64,000 nt of DNA from a virus. Under the pieces are notes generated by a model. The model ran no database searches and had not been told where the DNA came from. It saw only the letters and a program-made list of their open reading frames with translations. The stretch is taken from positions 1 through 64,000 of the IMG/VR virus record IMGVR_UViG_3300032265_001317. One strand, given 5' to 3'. Positions 21,201 to 27,777 of the stretch are shown piece by piece; the stretch's first letter is position 1; the number at the start of each line of letters is the position of its first letter. The position numbers and the translations under genes were made by a program.

Positions 21201-21891
21201 TTTCAACACCAAGACCGCCTGGAATATAAACTGATCCAAACACTCGATTGGTGCTGGTATCATATACGCCAGCCGGAGGAGGAAACTGTCCCTCTTTGTT
21301 CATGCTGTCTGGATTACCAACGTTGGCTGTACTTGTACTGTTGATTAATAAAGTGGTAACAACTGTGGTTGTATTGTTTGATGTGGTAACATGAGGACCA
21401 ACAACCAGCTGACCTTCGATAGTGGTAACTGACTTTTTACCAAGCACATTAAAGTTAGTAGCTGTAATATTAACATAGGTATTGATGTACGGTGTCACAG
21501 GAACAAATAAAATAAATGTTCCTGTATTGATTGTTCCTTCAATTGGTTTATCTAATCCAACAGAGAAACTATTGGTAACTGTGGTTACTTTTGATCCAAC
21601 TGCAATGTTGGTACCGGTTACTAGATAGTTTGGATATATACCGTTTGTATTGGCAAAATACAAATAGTACGATCCGACACTTGATGATGTGGTAACTAAT
21701 CCAGCAACTGTTGTTACTGTACTTAATGCGGCTATCTGTACAACACCACCACCTGTAATGTCAAGCTCAGAACCTGCGACGATAGAAGCGGTTGTCCCTG
21801 CTACTACGGAGAATGAACCGTTTGGAACCGATATGGTTTGATTACCGTTGGGTACGCTGTTTACTACACCTGAGACTCTAACAATAGCCAT
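12262..21891 (-). CDS. Giant virion structural protein (3209 aa): split beta-helix-like scaffold carrying 13 helical CxRD repeats
   Basis: Single long ORF with late box and AAGGA RBS; WVTMDGDDTNDG...SPYIQNCT and DAFTQVNQGG...NSNANFG beta-helix segments; 13 copies of [FY]xxxxCxRDxG. Confidence 0.85.
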   Translation of the reverse strand: MAIVRVSGVVNSVPNGNQTISVPNGSFSVVAGTTASIVAGSELDITGGGVVQIAALSTVTTVAGLVTTSSSVGSYYLYFANTNGIYPNYLVTGTNIAVGSKVTTVTNSFSVGLDKPIEGTINTGTFILFVPVTPYINTYVNITATNFNVLGKKSVTTIEGQLVVGPHVTTSNNTTTVVTTLLINSTSTANVGNPDSMNKEGQFPPPAGVYDTSTNRVFGSVYIPGGLGVEKDLNVGGYIYGRVAAATSSTLLIVTNTNTSTDFYPVFTKDIFGKSASQLYGSSSTYVNPQVGLTYNPGTGLLTTNLMFVASTANSTSSLTGALIVQGGVAVGKDLGVKGNVIPRGITTATDGSSYPSSTLGNPNERFSQGFIDNVYSTLIQSINTVSNNPDYSAQNISMLPQAGGYVDIFGDIRARGKKPIGTAPVVTNQLWVTMDGDDTNDGRAEDPSRACRTVTGATRSPYFGPGTQIRVAAGHYLEDNPVLLQPYTSVVGSDLRTTSIEPINKTQDLFHVQSGCYIAQLQMTNGRSGLLEGAYLDEFNRGAYATAFPPLVGNAKIDLFHSPYIQNCTNQSGPWMKDGTMFLPSGTIQVPTVVGTSTWAAGDTVITVYTTGTLGQVQPTVGMYINPGQQNPGFWNARTLMLANKPFMQEQVVNFVDQAFTQGFRYDKVKCRRDAGFILTGAEYDLALGTNYNGITSGNAYRRGNASSAIVTSTELVQTIGAIGYLKTVVAGIAAGNATAITRSNNSFDTTIAIINSGTGATLSFTSPSGRDVHNIYAKNLLVSNRTFLQSEVTAWIGVQVAGNTSPFSTTFTYSTSTCYRDVGYIVDALCYDVLYGGNSASVTAAQAYFVGAASQVPNETAQTVAAFSRLSTVAQQVAQGQTVTRSSGNIVTQAFSGLLGTATQATSIAGLVGIVTDAITGGSTASIPSPTYPDITWTTTSTQNIVSTINSTTATIIDNMINFINTTYSGFTYDQGKCARDTGLVVDAIVQDLLFSTSSQSTFAGLQYWNQSGYTGQISAELTTTTNTINYVSSLAQKVIRNITTGTRYQSAVGQNTALPASGATQATAIATDFKIITDIISTGTNGVTDKIVPNGIVASADGNVLNAYALLQANRSYIQAEAVAYVESTKTAGFVYDQALCYRDVGYMLDSVSFDLLYGGNRQAIQSGVYYYGFSATSSAIPTERVETVNAYTYLRQLVKDIVIGLAVPSPAQTSVTQVITVNTGTTAQANLAASSVDTIINIISNGPGAATSKTPISLTKSVSTPVVNAATLINANRAFIQAEVVAYINKQYGAFDQAKCYRDTGLIVDSIATDLLYQSTSESQFAGLQYWNQRDYTGSIASEITTTTSAISYVKVLATNIATAASNSTIGDIVSADFDVILNILNNGTAGVTSLIKSNGSPSTSTSVINAYTALIAAIPSIQTQTIDYINNTLGFTNYTTATCIRDVGYIVKSVAFDLLNPDATAGYSNKQAIKSGTYYFGYLSTSTAIANEVPQTTAAYNFIRGIIPGIVTATKLTNTYQSTVTQVTNLTPGTSNESAVLKQKIDIITNIIRNGPDVAGKQIPMNMNTSTNVEIWNAYYLLAANRQFIQAETLAYLNNQLFFFDYSREKCFRDVGIIVENVAYDTVFGGNEKSVQSGLAYYDGVISRISGQETQTISALDYLNQLCKNVITNTTCTNIADNPTYRQVRNTVLVGGDIASNSINRNFETITDIILRGPSVAPEIYMGAGPDAAYMSAEILMQANRQFIQQQTINYINWNLANRQFPYSQEKCARDVGLIVDSIATDLRYPVDAASGSNRAYVASTFAGLQYWNQTGYTGAIYGEINQTIDAVTYLKDLTVKVIQNITPTDDLVPRYSTATQIILSDTVSANTQTPPITASANEVAIIKSEFDIVLEILGGTTSGWSDRIVPNGEINNQELPSRLATLRILKANKDYFGTEVNAFIKATNPGFIYDEAKCARDVGSIIDSIALDMYAGGNKQAVTAGLAYWSVTGGASNIATEITQTVDGFNFVKTLAGQIIQNIPVTPLQTDVVQLFNSDPGGIDYAGSVAIINKAISTITNIIQNGPGVAVGLKAINTLTFYGSTSPELYGFARLEANKEFIKAETIAYLELTYNPGAFEYNEAKCYRDTGLIVDAVSQDILLNGNSKSIEAGLSYWNAGYNYIAGQETTTTMALNYARDIALQVVANQPVTVITGTTALQVINPYFQYGGDYMPQQAIRRNFNIITTIISQGPLYAPPVWQGSGLFSATGQLADDVKIASKVTYVEDAGQPGVYLIGLSTATVGYADNATLYFGDISAYPLNDIQVEALALEYTGNTSTWNSRKLDPIGSMGGSLVDGGVISDRSPINSFVYDAFTQVNQGGHGVKITNNGYAQLVSVFTVFSSVGVQVTNGGIASIVNSNANFGDVCLLAKGYGKRAFSGTLYNPPNKAYPNSPGPDGLNQYYPSGFWPNNGQVEVFLPDVTPRPHISLVMEVEPDPGHLNEQNLPGFLNATPSLATISTGTITITGIDNTGIAVGNSVYIRDQFGHFTGTDYTLYADTGTIVTDLGYQSVTLNKALTSGGGDPANANFFTLFFCGNAYYTVLSSTIADNPKINGTNILSSANTSTEQVAAHVAALRYINTVTDAVVSNKVLTTTYQNTVSQVVVPLLAGGAGAVPFIDLRINDTIRILSEPTTSDEAEALYPAVLRTTSGTVPSGAGSAIELIKQNLDFISAEVSAYVTSTNVGFVYNTATCARDSGYIIDGVAYDVALGTNYNTITCGNAYLRSNSSSQLVLSAQKIQEIAAINYISTSSQVILQSDITALIRGLAAFNSIASIVNSGTNYIPALTFTNPVGGNPNRIAAKDLLQANRTFLQTEVTSWIDVQRAGSIAPFNAPIPYYTTATCARDVGYIVDALCYDILYGTNSASVGAARAYFVGAVSQIPGETTATVAALGRLNSVAQQVIQGQTVTRSSGNTVTQSTATSYASATEAASLSSLIGITTSVINAGSISGLPAVSQPSISWTTSAIQSAVNNLENAKATIINNTINFISSTYTAGFAYDDAKCRRDIKLILQRLIYDIETGGRYNSVMTGLSYWARNGTHHIVQLGENVRRTDLFPDGATVNFYQRSYISASGYVFEYVGAGTNYGALPQVGYADPVQSKETVQLDSGKVFFTSTDQNGDFRIGPGLVISQATGVLSGRTFTKSLFANLTPFVLAIGVG

Positions 21892-21911
21892 GTTGTTTTA
21901 TTCCTTTAGAG

Positions 21912-21918
21912 TATTTAT
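21912..21918 (-). promoter_or_regulatory. Late promoter box (ATAAATA)
   Basis: ATAAATA-CTCTAAAGGAATAAAACAAC-ATG upstream of the 3209-aa gene. Confidence 0.7.
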
Positions 21919-21922
21919 TGTT

Positions 21923-22441
21923 TTAATAGATCTGCAACTCAACTGAGTGTATGTTAACACCGTCTCTGTGAGGCCACTGTGGATGCGACCTAAATCTAAT
22001 TAAAACTCCAAATTCTGCATTTATATTATCTGCCAATAAACCACCCAATCCCCACAAATTTGTAGGCCCACCGTATGTCTTGATAGGGTCTACATTTAAT
22101 GTTGCTTGATTGTCACCTACTGGTTGATTATTCACCAATAACTGAACCGTTTCGTCTGTAATACGTCCTCTACGGTCAGCATTTAATCTTAATTCTATTC
22201 CTGATATTGTGCTGGGTAAGTTGTTAAAGTTAAACCCTTTGGCAACAAGGTAATAGGTTTTGTTTGTGTAATCTACTTTTGGGCTTCTGGCCAAATGCAC
22301 CAATGGTCCGTTACTAGATAACGACTGCTGACTTGGAAATGCTAGAGCATTAAATTGTTTTTCATTCCAGTTTATATGTACCAACTCTGCGCCAGGTTCG
22401 GCATATTGAGATACTGCGGTAGGATAATTCCAATTGGTCAT
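21923..22441 (-). CDS. Hypothetical protein, probably structural (172 aa)
   Basis: ORF fills the gap on the coding strand; late box 5 nt before ATG. Confidence 0.7.
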   Translation of the reverse strand: MTNWNYPTAVSQYAEPGAELVHINWNEKQFNALAFPSQQSLSSNGPLVHLARSPKVDYTNKTYYLVAKGFNFNNLPSTISGIELRLNADRRGRITDETVQLLVNNQPVGDNQATLNVDPIKTYGGPTNLWGLGGLLADNINAEFGVLIRFRSHPQWPHRDGVNIHSVELQIY

Positions 22442-22446
22442 ACCAG

Positions 22447-22453
22447 TATTTAC
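22447..22453 (-). promoter_or_regulatory. Late promoter box (GTAAATA), leaderless configuration
   Basis: GTAAATA-CTGGT-ATG; no Shine-Dalgarno between box and start. Confidence 0.6.
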
Positions 22454-22480
22454 CTGACCTTATTCTATGCGTACTCAAAG

Positions 22481-22505
22481 AAAAAGAGGCCGAAGCCTCT
22501 TTTTT
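22481..22505 (-). terminator. Rho-independent terminator (possibly bidirectional)
   Basis: Minus strand: AAAAAGAGGC-UUCG-GCCUCUUUUU, downstream of the 237-aa gene. Confidence 0.85.
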
Positions 22506-22521
22506 CTTGACTAATTTTATA

Positions 22522-23235
22522 TTAGTTGGTACTGCTTAATTTTATATATGTACCTGTCGTAGAACCCAATGTCCATGGAGCCATTTTACCTGCACTATAG
22601 ATAGCAGTACTTGTGCTGAATCTGTTCATGACACGTGCCTTACGTGCAGTTAGTTTGGTAACAAAATAAGATGCGCCTGTCCAGTCAGTTGCAATAATCT
22701 GCATAGTACCGGCTGTCAACGTAGCTGTTGTTAATTTAACTGTGCCAACGCCTTGTGTGTTACGCACAGTGTAACGACGGCTTCCACGTTGTTCAATAAT
22801 ATCGCCACCAGCTACAGCAGAACTGCCGGTAGTAAGATAGGAAGTAAATTGAATTGCGTTTTGTCTGTTGCTGGATGTGGTTGCAACAAAAGTTGCCGCT
22901 GTACCTGCAGAAGCAGGTGTAAATGTCAATGTCAAACTGGCTGTGGTGTTATAACCGCTACCAGGTTGAGTAACTGTCAAAGTTTGTATACGACCTGTAC
23001 CGCTGTCATATCGAACTTGTGCTGTACCTGTGGATACAATACCACCTGCGATATCTGGTGCGCTTGCTACCCATGTTGTGTTAGTAGTTGTGCTGTATCC
23101 ACTGTTAGTTGCTGTGTTAACAATAACAATGGAAGTGATACCTTCGGCACCGACACCTGTGTTACCACCACGGGGAAAGTTTTGACCCGGGCTAATTGTA
23201 CCACCAAAGAATTTCTTTTTAATTGGACGTCCCAT
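22522..23235 (-). CDS. Virion structural protein following the major capsid gene (237 aa; possible head decoration)
   Basis: AAGGAG RBS; MGRPIKKKFFG start; has its own late box and terminator. Confidence 0.75.
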   Translation of the reverse strand: MGRPIKKKFFGGTISPGQNFPRGGNTGVGAEGITSIVIVNTATNSGYSTTTNTTWVASAPDIAGGIVSTGTAQVRYDSGTGRIQTLTVTQPGSGYNTTASLTLTFTPASAGTAATFVATTSSNRQNAIQFTSYLTTGSSAVAGGDIIEQRGSRRYTVRNTQGVGTVKLTTATLTAGTMQIIATDWTGASYFVTKLTARKARVMNRFSTSTAIYSAGKMAPWTLGSTTGTYIKLSSTN

Positions 23236-23257
23236 TTTATTTTCTCCTTAAGAAATA

Positions 23258-23329
23258 ACGGCGTTCTAGGCCGTACGCGGTTGAGTTCCGCATAAAATTC
23301 ACCCCATGTGAATTATACCTTATATTTAG
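23258..23329 (-). promoter_or_regulatory. Late promoter (CTAAATA, 23323-23329) followed by a three-hairpin 5' leader
   Basis: AAUUCAC-AUGGG-GUGAAUU; UAUGCGG-AACUCAA-CCGCGUA; ACGGC-CUAGAAC-GCCGU; then the RBS. Confidence 0.6.
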
Positions 23330-23341
23330 CACCCGAACAAC

Positions 23342-23366
23342 AAAAAACCCGCCGAAGCGGGTTTTT
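23342..23366 (-). terminator. Rho-independent terminator after the major capsid gene
   Basis: AAAAACCCGC-UUCG-GCGGGUUUUUU on the minus strand. Confidence 0.9.
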
Positions 23367-23395
23367 GTTTTTGCTTGTGAAAGCTCGGTAACGAA

Positions 23396-24580
23396 TTACT
23401 TGAAGCTTACGTTTGCGCTAGTGATAGCAACTTTACCTAAGTAGTCAGCCGCATTACCTAGAGAAGAAGCAGTGTTGCTCAACTCTACATAACCGTAACG
23501 TGTTAGGAAGCCAACTACTGGCTCAAATGTTGCTGGGTCAAGAACAACACCAGAACTCATTAGAGGAATATATGGGCAATAGAACGCGGCAGCATCTGCC
23601 TCGCTAGCACCCTTATAACCAATAAGAACTTGGCTGTTGTCTGCGCCGCTGTCAGTTAAGTAACTGTCAACGTAGATACGCATTGCACCATTCAATGTAC
23701 CAACAAACTTGGTGTTTGTAGGAGCTTCGAATGTACCTTCAGTTGTACGTGCAAAAGCACTTGTTGTAGCAGACTGAAGAATTGTTAGAGCTTGGTTAGA
23801 AACTACAGCCCAGTTACCAGCACCACGACGTGTACGTTGAGCAATCAAGTTGCTTACACGGTTGATCTGGATAGCTAGAGCGGCATGCTCGTCGCCTACG
23901 AATGTAGCTGTACCAGAAACTAATGACTGGTCATATGTTTCTTCTACTGTTGCTAAAGCACGTAGAGAAGCTAGGATTTCTTGGTCAATTTCAGCAGTAA
24001 TTTCTTGTGCTAAAGCGGCCATGATTTCTGCTTCGATATCAATACCTTGTTGTGCTTGTGCATCTTGTGCGGCCTCGAATGTCCAACGAGCTGATAGCTT
24101 GCGGCTCTTAGCTTCGACTGGGCTCTTCAAGATCTGGATGCTCATACGCTTACCAGGTGTGCCTTCTAATGCGGCTGTTGTGTTAGCACGTGGAGTTGCA
24201 TCAACGTTGTTACCACTGTAAGCGGCAGCAATTTTGAATGGGCTCAATGCCTCATCACCAGCAACGATACCATCACCACTTGATGTATCAGCATAGCGAA
24301 CACGTAGAGTATGGATCTGACCAACTGGACCGGTCATTGGTTGTACACCAACGATTTCGTTGGCAATAACTGTAGGCATAACACGACGGATAACAGGTAG
24401 AATAACACGGTTAAGTGTTGCTACGTTACCAGCGGATGTTGCACCAGCAGTTGCGCTTTCAGCCAAGTACTTACGTGTGTTTTCTAAGCAAACTTGCATA
24501 GAAGCACGACGGTTACCTTGTAGGCCTTCAAGCAGAGCTTCTTTGGTCTCTGACCATCTTTCATTTAATAGTTGTGACAT
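23396..24580 (-). CDS. gp23: Major capsid protein, T4 gp23-like
   Basis: VGVQPMTGPVGQI, KSRKLSARWTFEAAQD, EIDQEI, FYCPYIPL, TRYG motifs. Confidence 0.95.
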   Translation of the reverse strand: MSQLLNERWSETKEALLEGLQGNRRASMQVCLENTRKYLAESATAGATSAGNVATLNRVILPVIRRVMPTVIANEIVGVQPMTGPVGQIHTLRVRYADTSSGDGIVAGDEALSPFKIAAAYSGNNVDATPRANTTAALEGTPGKRMSIQILKSPVEAKSRKLSARWTFEAAQDAQAQQGIDIEAEIMAALAQEITAEIDQEILASLRALATVEETYDQSLVSGTATFVGDEHAALAIQINRVSNLIAQRTRRGAGNWAVVSNQALTILQSATTSAFARTTEGTFEAPTNTKFVGTLNGAMRIYVDSYLTDSGADNSQVLIGYKGASEADAAAFYCPYIPLMSSGVVLDPATFEPVVGFLTRYGYVELSNTASSLGNAADYLGKVAITSANVSFK

Positions 24581-24595
24581 TTATGTCTCCTTGAA

Positions 24596-25684
24596 TTATT
24601 TTGTAAGTCCCGCTAGTTTGCGGATATCTACAATATTGTCTAAGCCTACCAAGGGCTTTGCTTCACGATTACCAGTTACTTCTGCACTTTCTGCAAGTAC
24701 AGTTTTCTTACTAATCTTCTTCTCGCCTTCCATTACTGCGGGTAGGTATTTGTCAAATGCTTGACTTAATTTGGATGTTTGCACACCTTCCATTAGTTCA
24801 CTCATTATCTCTCTTTTGTTAGCATCCAACGGCGCTAACATTTCTGCCATAACAGATTTACGTTCCATTAAATCTTTAGTTACGCGAAGTTCGCGGCTAA
24901 CGGATTCTGCAATGTGCTGTTTTTCTGCTACAACTTGTTTCGCTTCAGCTAGTTCCTGTTCTTTCTTCTTGATAATCTTTAACAATTTACTTGTTTCAGA
25001 TTTTTCATTTAGATACGAACCACTGAACTCCTGGGCAAAAGCTTCATAAATTTTACGACCAAAATCGTTGTTGCGGGCACTGTCAATATCTTCTTTCAAT
25101 TGCTTGATTTCAGTTGTCAACTTTTTAGTGACTGCGTTTTCAACAACTTTAGCTGAACGCTTGATGAAACTTGTTTTGATTTCTTCAAACTTGCTCTTGG
25201 CTTCACGAACTAACTTGACTTTCGTCTCAGCTAGATCCTTCTTGTCAACTGCAAATTCGTTGATTTCTTTAGCTAGAGCATGTACTACAAAGTTCTCTAG
25301 CTTACCAAAATTCTCAGAAACTTTCTTACGATCGTTCTGGAATTCTACTAATTCTCTACCTAATTGCTGAATTACAAATCCTTCTAATTTCTTAGAATCA
25401 CTTGTAATACGTTGTTGATATTGTGCCTTAGCTTCCGCTAGTGCTTGTTTATCAGCATGCAACTCGGCCATTTCTGCGGCCAATCTGTCGCTTAACATCC
25501 TGTCGATTGCTTCTACCATGACTTGTTTGTCATGTGTATACTTTTGTGCAAACTCTTCACGAAGTTCAGCTGAGACTTGGTCGCGATTCTCTTGAATTTT
25601 TGTGTTGAAGGCAGTTTCAATCTCAGACTTTACGTCTTCAGACATTACTCCTGACTCAACTAATTGTTTGAATGCGTCCAACAT
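24596..25684 (-). CDS. gp22: Prohead core scaffold protein, gp22-like
   Basis: Long E/K-rich coiled coil lying between the protease and capsid genes. Confidence 0.8.
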   Translation of the reverse strand: MLDAFKQLVESGVMSEDVKSEIETAFNTKIQENRDQVSAELREEFAQKYTHDKQVMVEAIDRMLSDRLAAEMAELHADKQALAEAKAQYQQRITSDSKKLEGFVIQQLGRELVEFQNDRKKVSENFGKLENFVVHALAKEINEFAVDKKDLAETKVKLVREAKSKFEEIKTSFIKRSAKVVENAVTKKLTTEIKQLKEDIDSARNNDFGRKIYEAFAQEFSGSYLNEKSETSKLLKIIKKKEQELAEAKQVVAEKQHIAESVSRELRVTKDLMERKSVMAEMLAPLDANKREIMSELMEGVQTSKLSQAFDKYLPAVMEGEKKISKKTVLAESAEVTGNREAKPLVGLDNIVDIRKLAGLTK

Positions 25685-25701
25685 CTATTTCTCCTCGGGC
25701 T

Positions 25702-26337
25702 TTATTTTAGACCTTTAATAATATGAAGGAGACTTTCCTTCAAATATTTCTGGGCCTTTGGATCTTCTTTTACTTCTTGTGCAACTTGAAACGCTCTATA
25801 CCCGCCACGTGCATTCATTAGGTGCTCGTAAACTGGTGTAGGGTAGGCTCCAGGTGCGCTCGGCTGTGCAACCACGTCCACAGTAATAATCTCAAAATCT
25901 GATACTTGACCACCCGCTTCGCTAACGTTTCCGCTACCTCGTGAGCTTACGCCAAGTTTTACACCGCTTTCAAGCATAGTACGAACTAAGTTACCCATTG
26001 GTGTTGGAAGGACTTTCATCTTTCCATAACCGTTTGGACCTTCCATCCACATTTGAGTTATCATATGGGACACACGGTCTAAATTTACTTTTAAATCTTC
26101 TGGATGATCAACTTCACCTAACACACTATAACCATTTTGAATTTGATCATTCAGTGTCTTGACAGCTTTTTCAATTTCGTCCACAGGATACACTCTGCCG
26201 TTGGCATTGCGTATACCGCCTTGGATGGCAATTCCCTTCAGGTGAAGAGTCTTACCGTCCTTGTCATCAGATTCTAAAACCATCTGAGCTTGGTCGAAAC
26301 TTAAATGCTCTCGTAGATATGAAATTTTATTTTTCAT
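25702..26337 (-). CDS. gp21: Prohead protease, gp21-like
   Basis: NANGRVYP, GEVDHP, GVSSRGSG, DVVAQPSAPGA motifs. Confidence 0.95.
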   Translation of the reverse strand: MKNKISYLREHLSFDQAQMVLESDDKDGKTLHLKGIAIQGGIRNANGRVYPVDEIEKAVKTLNDQIQNGYSVLGEVDHPEDLKVNLDRVSHMITQMWMEGPNGYGKMKVLPTPMGNLVRTMLESGVKLGVSSRGSGNVSEAGGQVSDFEIITVDVVAQPSAPGAYPTPVYEHLMNARGGYRAFQVAQEVKEDPKAQKYLKESLLHIIKGLK

Positions 26338-26350
26338 CCAGTTTCTCTAA

Positions 26351-27337
26351 TTATTTGATATGCTTAACTAATGATGTATCGTTACGTACAGAAGTTTGTC
26401 CAGCTTTGTCGCCTGTACCAGAACCAACTGGACCTGCAGACTTGTTGTTACCTGGGTAACCACTGCCTTGCTTGTTTAGTGCGGCACCATCCTTCATGCT
26501 TGACTTGGAACTACTAGCAATGTTCTTTTCAACACCTTTAGTAAACTCGCCTTGTGTTTTACCAACTAGACCACGTGAGCCTTTGTCAGCGTTAGGGCTT
26601 GTACCGTCCATTGCGCCTTCGCCTTGACTGGCTTGTGCAATGTTCTTAGCGTTTGCGCCACTTGTTGGCTTTTCGCTGTCAGCTTTTTGGTTGTATGAAC
26701 TTTTTGCGTTTACACCAGATGGCATTTTTTCACCGGTGTTTGCACCAGCAATTTCACCTTCTGCGCGGCCTTTACGCTCTGCACCGTGCCCGTCTTTAAC
26801 AGTTTCACGATACTCACGTAGACCCATCATTTCGTCTTGTGGCTCTTCTCCGCCTTCTTCGTCACCAAAGTCGCTGTCCATACCCATGTCAGCTTCTTCG
26901 CCGCCTTGAGCACGTTCTAGTTCAGCGAAAGCCGCTTCTAGTTCTTCAATTGCGTTCTTGATATCAAAAATTGCGTCGTCTTCGGACTTTTCATGACCTT
27001 CTTCATCATCATGGTCTGCACCAACTTCTTGACCTAGGTCATCAGTGGCATCACCTTCTTCGCCACCACCAAAGCCATCATCGGCTTCTAGGTTGTAAGA
27101 ATCTTCTAGTTCTTCACTAGATTCATCCATGGCTTCATCTTCTTCTTGGTCTTCGTCCATTTCTGTTTCTTCATCGCTCATAGAATCATCCATGTCCTCT
27201 TCGGCTTCTTCTTCAGCGATAAGGTTTTCATAAATTGTGCGTGACTTCTCTACAACGATCTCATGAAAAAGTTCGTTAGCTTTTTCGTGTTCTTCGTTAA
27301 CTAGATAGTCTAATAATTGTTCAAATTTTGTAGACAT
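26351..27337 (-). CDS. Highly acidic prohead core/internal head protein (gp67/gp68 position)
   Basis: D/E-rich; lies between portal and protease; AAGGAG RBS. Confidence 0.7.
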   Translation of the reverse strand: MSTKFEQLLDYLVNEEHEKANELFHEIVVEKSRTIYENLIAEEEAEEDMDDSMSDEETEMDEDQEEDEAMDESSEELEDSYNLEADDGFGGGEEGDATDDLGQEVGADHDDEEGHEKSEDDAIFDIKNAIEELEAAFAELERAQGGEEADMGMDSDFGDEEGGEEPQDEMMGLREYRETVKDGHGAERKGRAEGEIAGANTGEKMPSGVNAKSSYNQKADSEKPTSGANAKNIAQASQGEGAMDGTSPNADKGSRGLVGKTQGEFTKGVEKNIASSSKSSMKDGAALNKQGSGYPGNNKSAGPVGSGTGDKAGQTSVRNDTSLVKHIK

Positions 27338-27377
27338 TGCGTATTTCTCCTTAGGTTACGGGCAAGGTTGTGTATTA

Positions 27378-27490
27378 TATTTAAGGAGAATGTATATTAC
27401 CTGTAGGAAACAGGCCTAAAACGAGCCGTTTGAGGCGAAACGAATCAGATATTGCATCTGATTTTGAACTTTTCTGACAAAAATATTTAG
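27378..27490 (-). promoter_or_regulatory. Two late boxes (TTAAATA 27378-27384; CTAAATA 27484-27490) separated by three hairpins
   Basis: Inverted repeats cctgt/acagg (27400-27414), gcct-aaaacg/cgttt-gaggc (27414-27436), aatcagat/atctgatt (27443-27463). Confidence 0.5.
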
Positions 27491-27519
27491 TTTAATGTTA
27501 GAAAAGTTCTCTGACTATA

Positions 27520-27765
27520 TTACTGTGCGGCTTGCTCAGGAGGAGGTGCGGCGTACATTTTGCGTATCAAACCCATTTCTTCCTGTCTTTCTTTGTCGTG
27601 AGTTTCGCCAGCTTTACGTATTTCGCTTAACATTTTCAAAGTTAAGCGAGTTTTGCGCAGATCTTTTTTGCGTAAAACTGACGTATCGTTTTGGCTTAGA
27701 TACCTGTTGTCGTCAACAGGTTCAGCATGCTCACGATCAAAATAAACAAATTCTCTTAGTAACAT
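27520..27765 (-). CDS. Small head-module protein (81 aa)
   Basis: MLLREF...RKTRLTL; directly after the portal gene; late box 5 nt before ATG. Confidence 0.75.
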   Translation of the reverse strand: MLLREFVYFDREHAEPVDDNRYLSQNDTSVLRKKDLRKTRLTLKMLSEIRKAGETHDKERQEEMGLIRKMYAAPPPEQAAQ

Positions 27766-27770
27766 AGAAC

Positions 27771-27777
27771 TATTTAT
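27771..27777 (-). promoter_or_regulatory. Late promoter box (ATAAATA) overlapping the portal stop codon, leaderless configuration
   Basis: GC-ATAAATA-GTTCT-ATG. Confidence 0.6.

Noticed and set aside
12262-21891. Assigning a cyanobacterial host from the phycobiliprotein-like repeats
   Set aside because: No photosynthesis or other host-diagnostic genes in the window; a motif resemblance alone cannot identify the host
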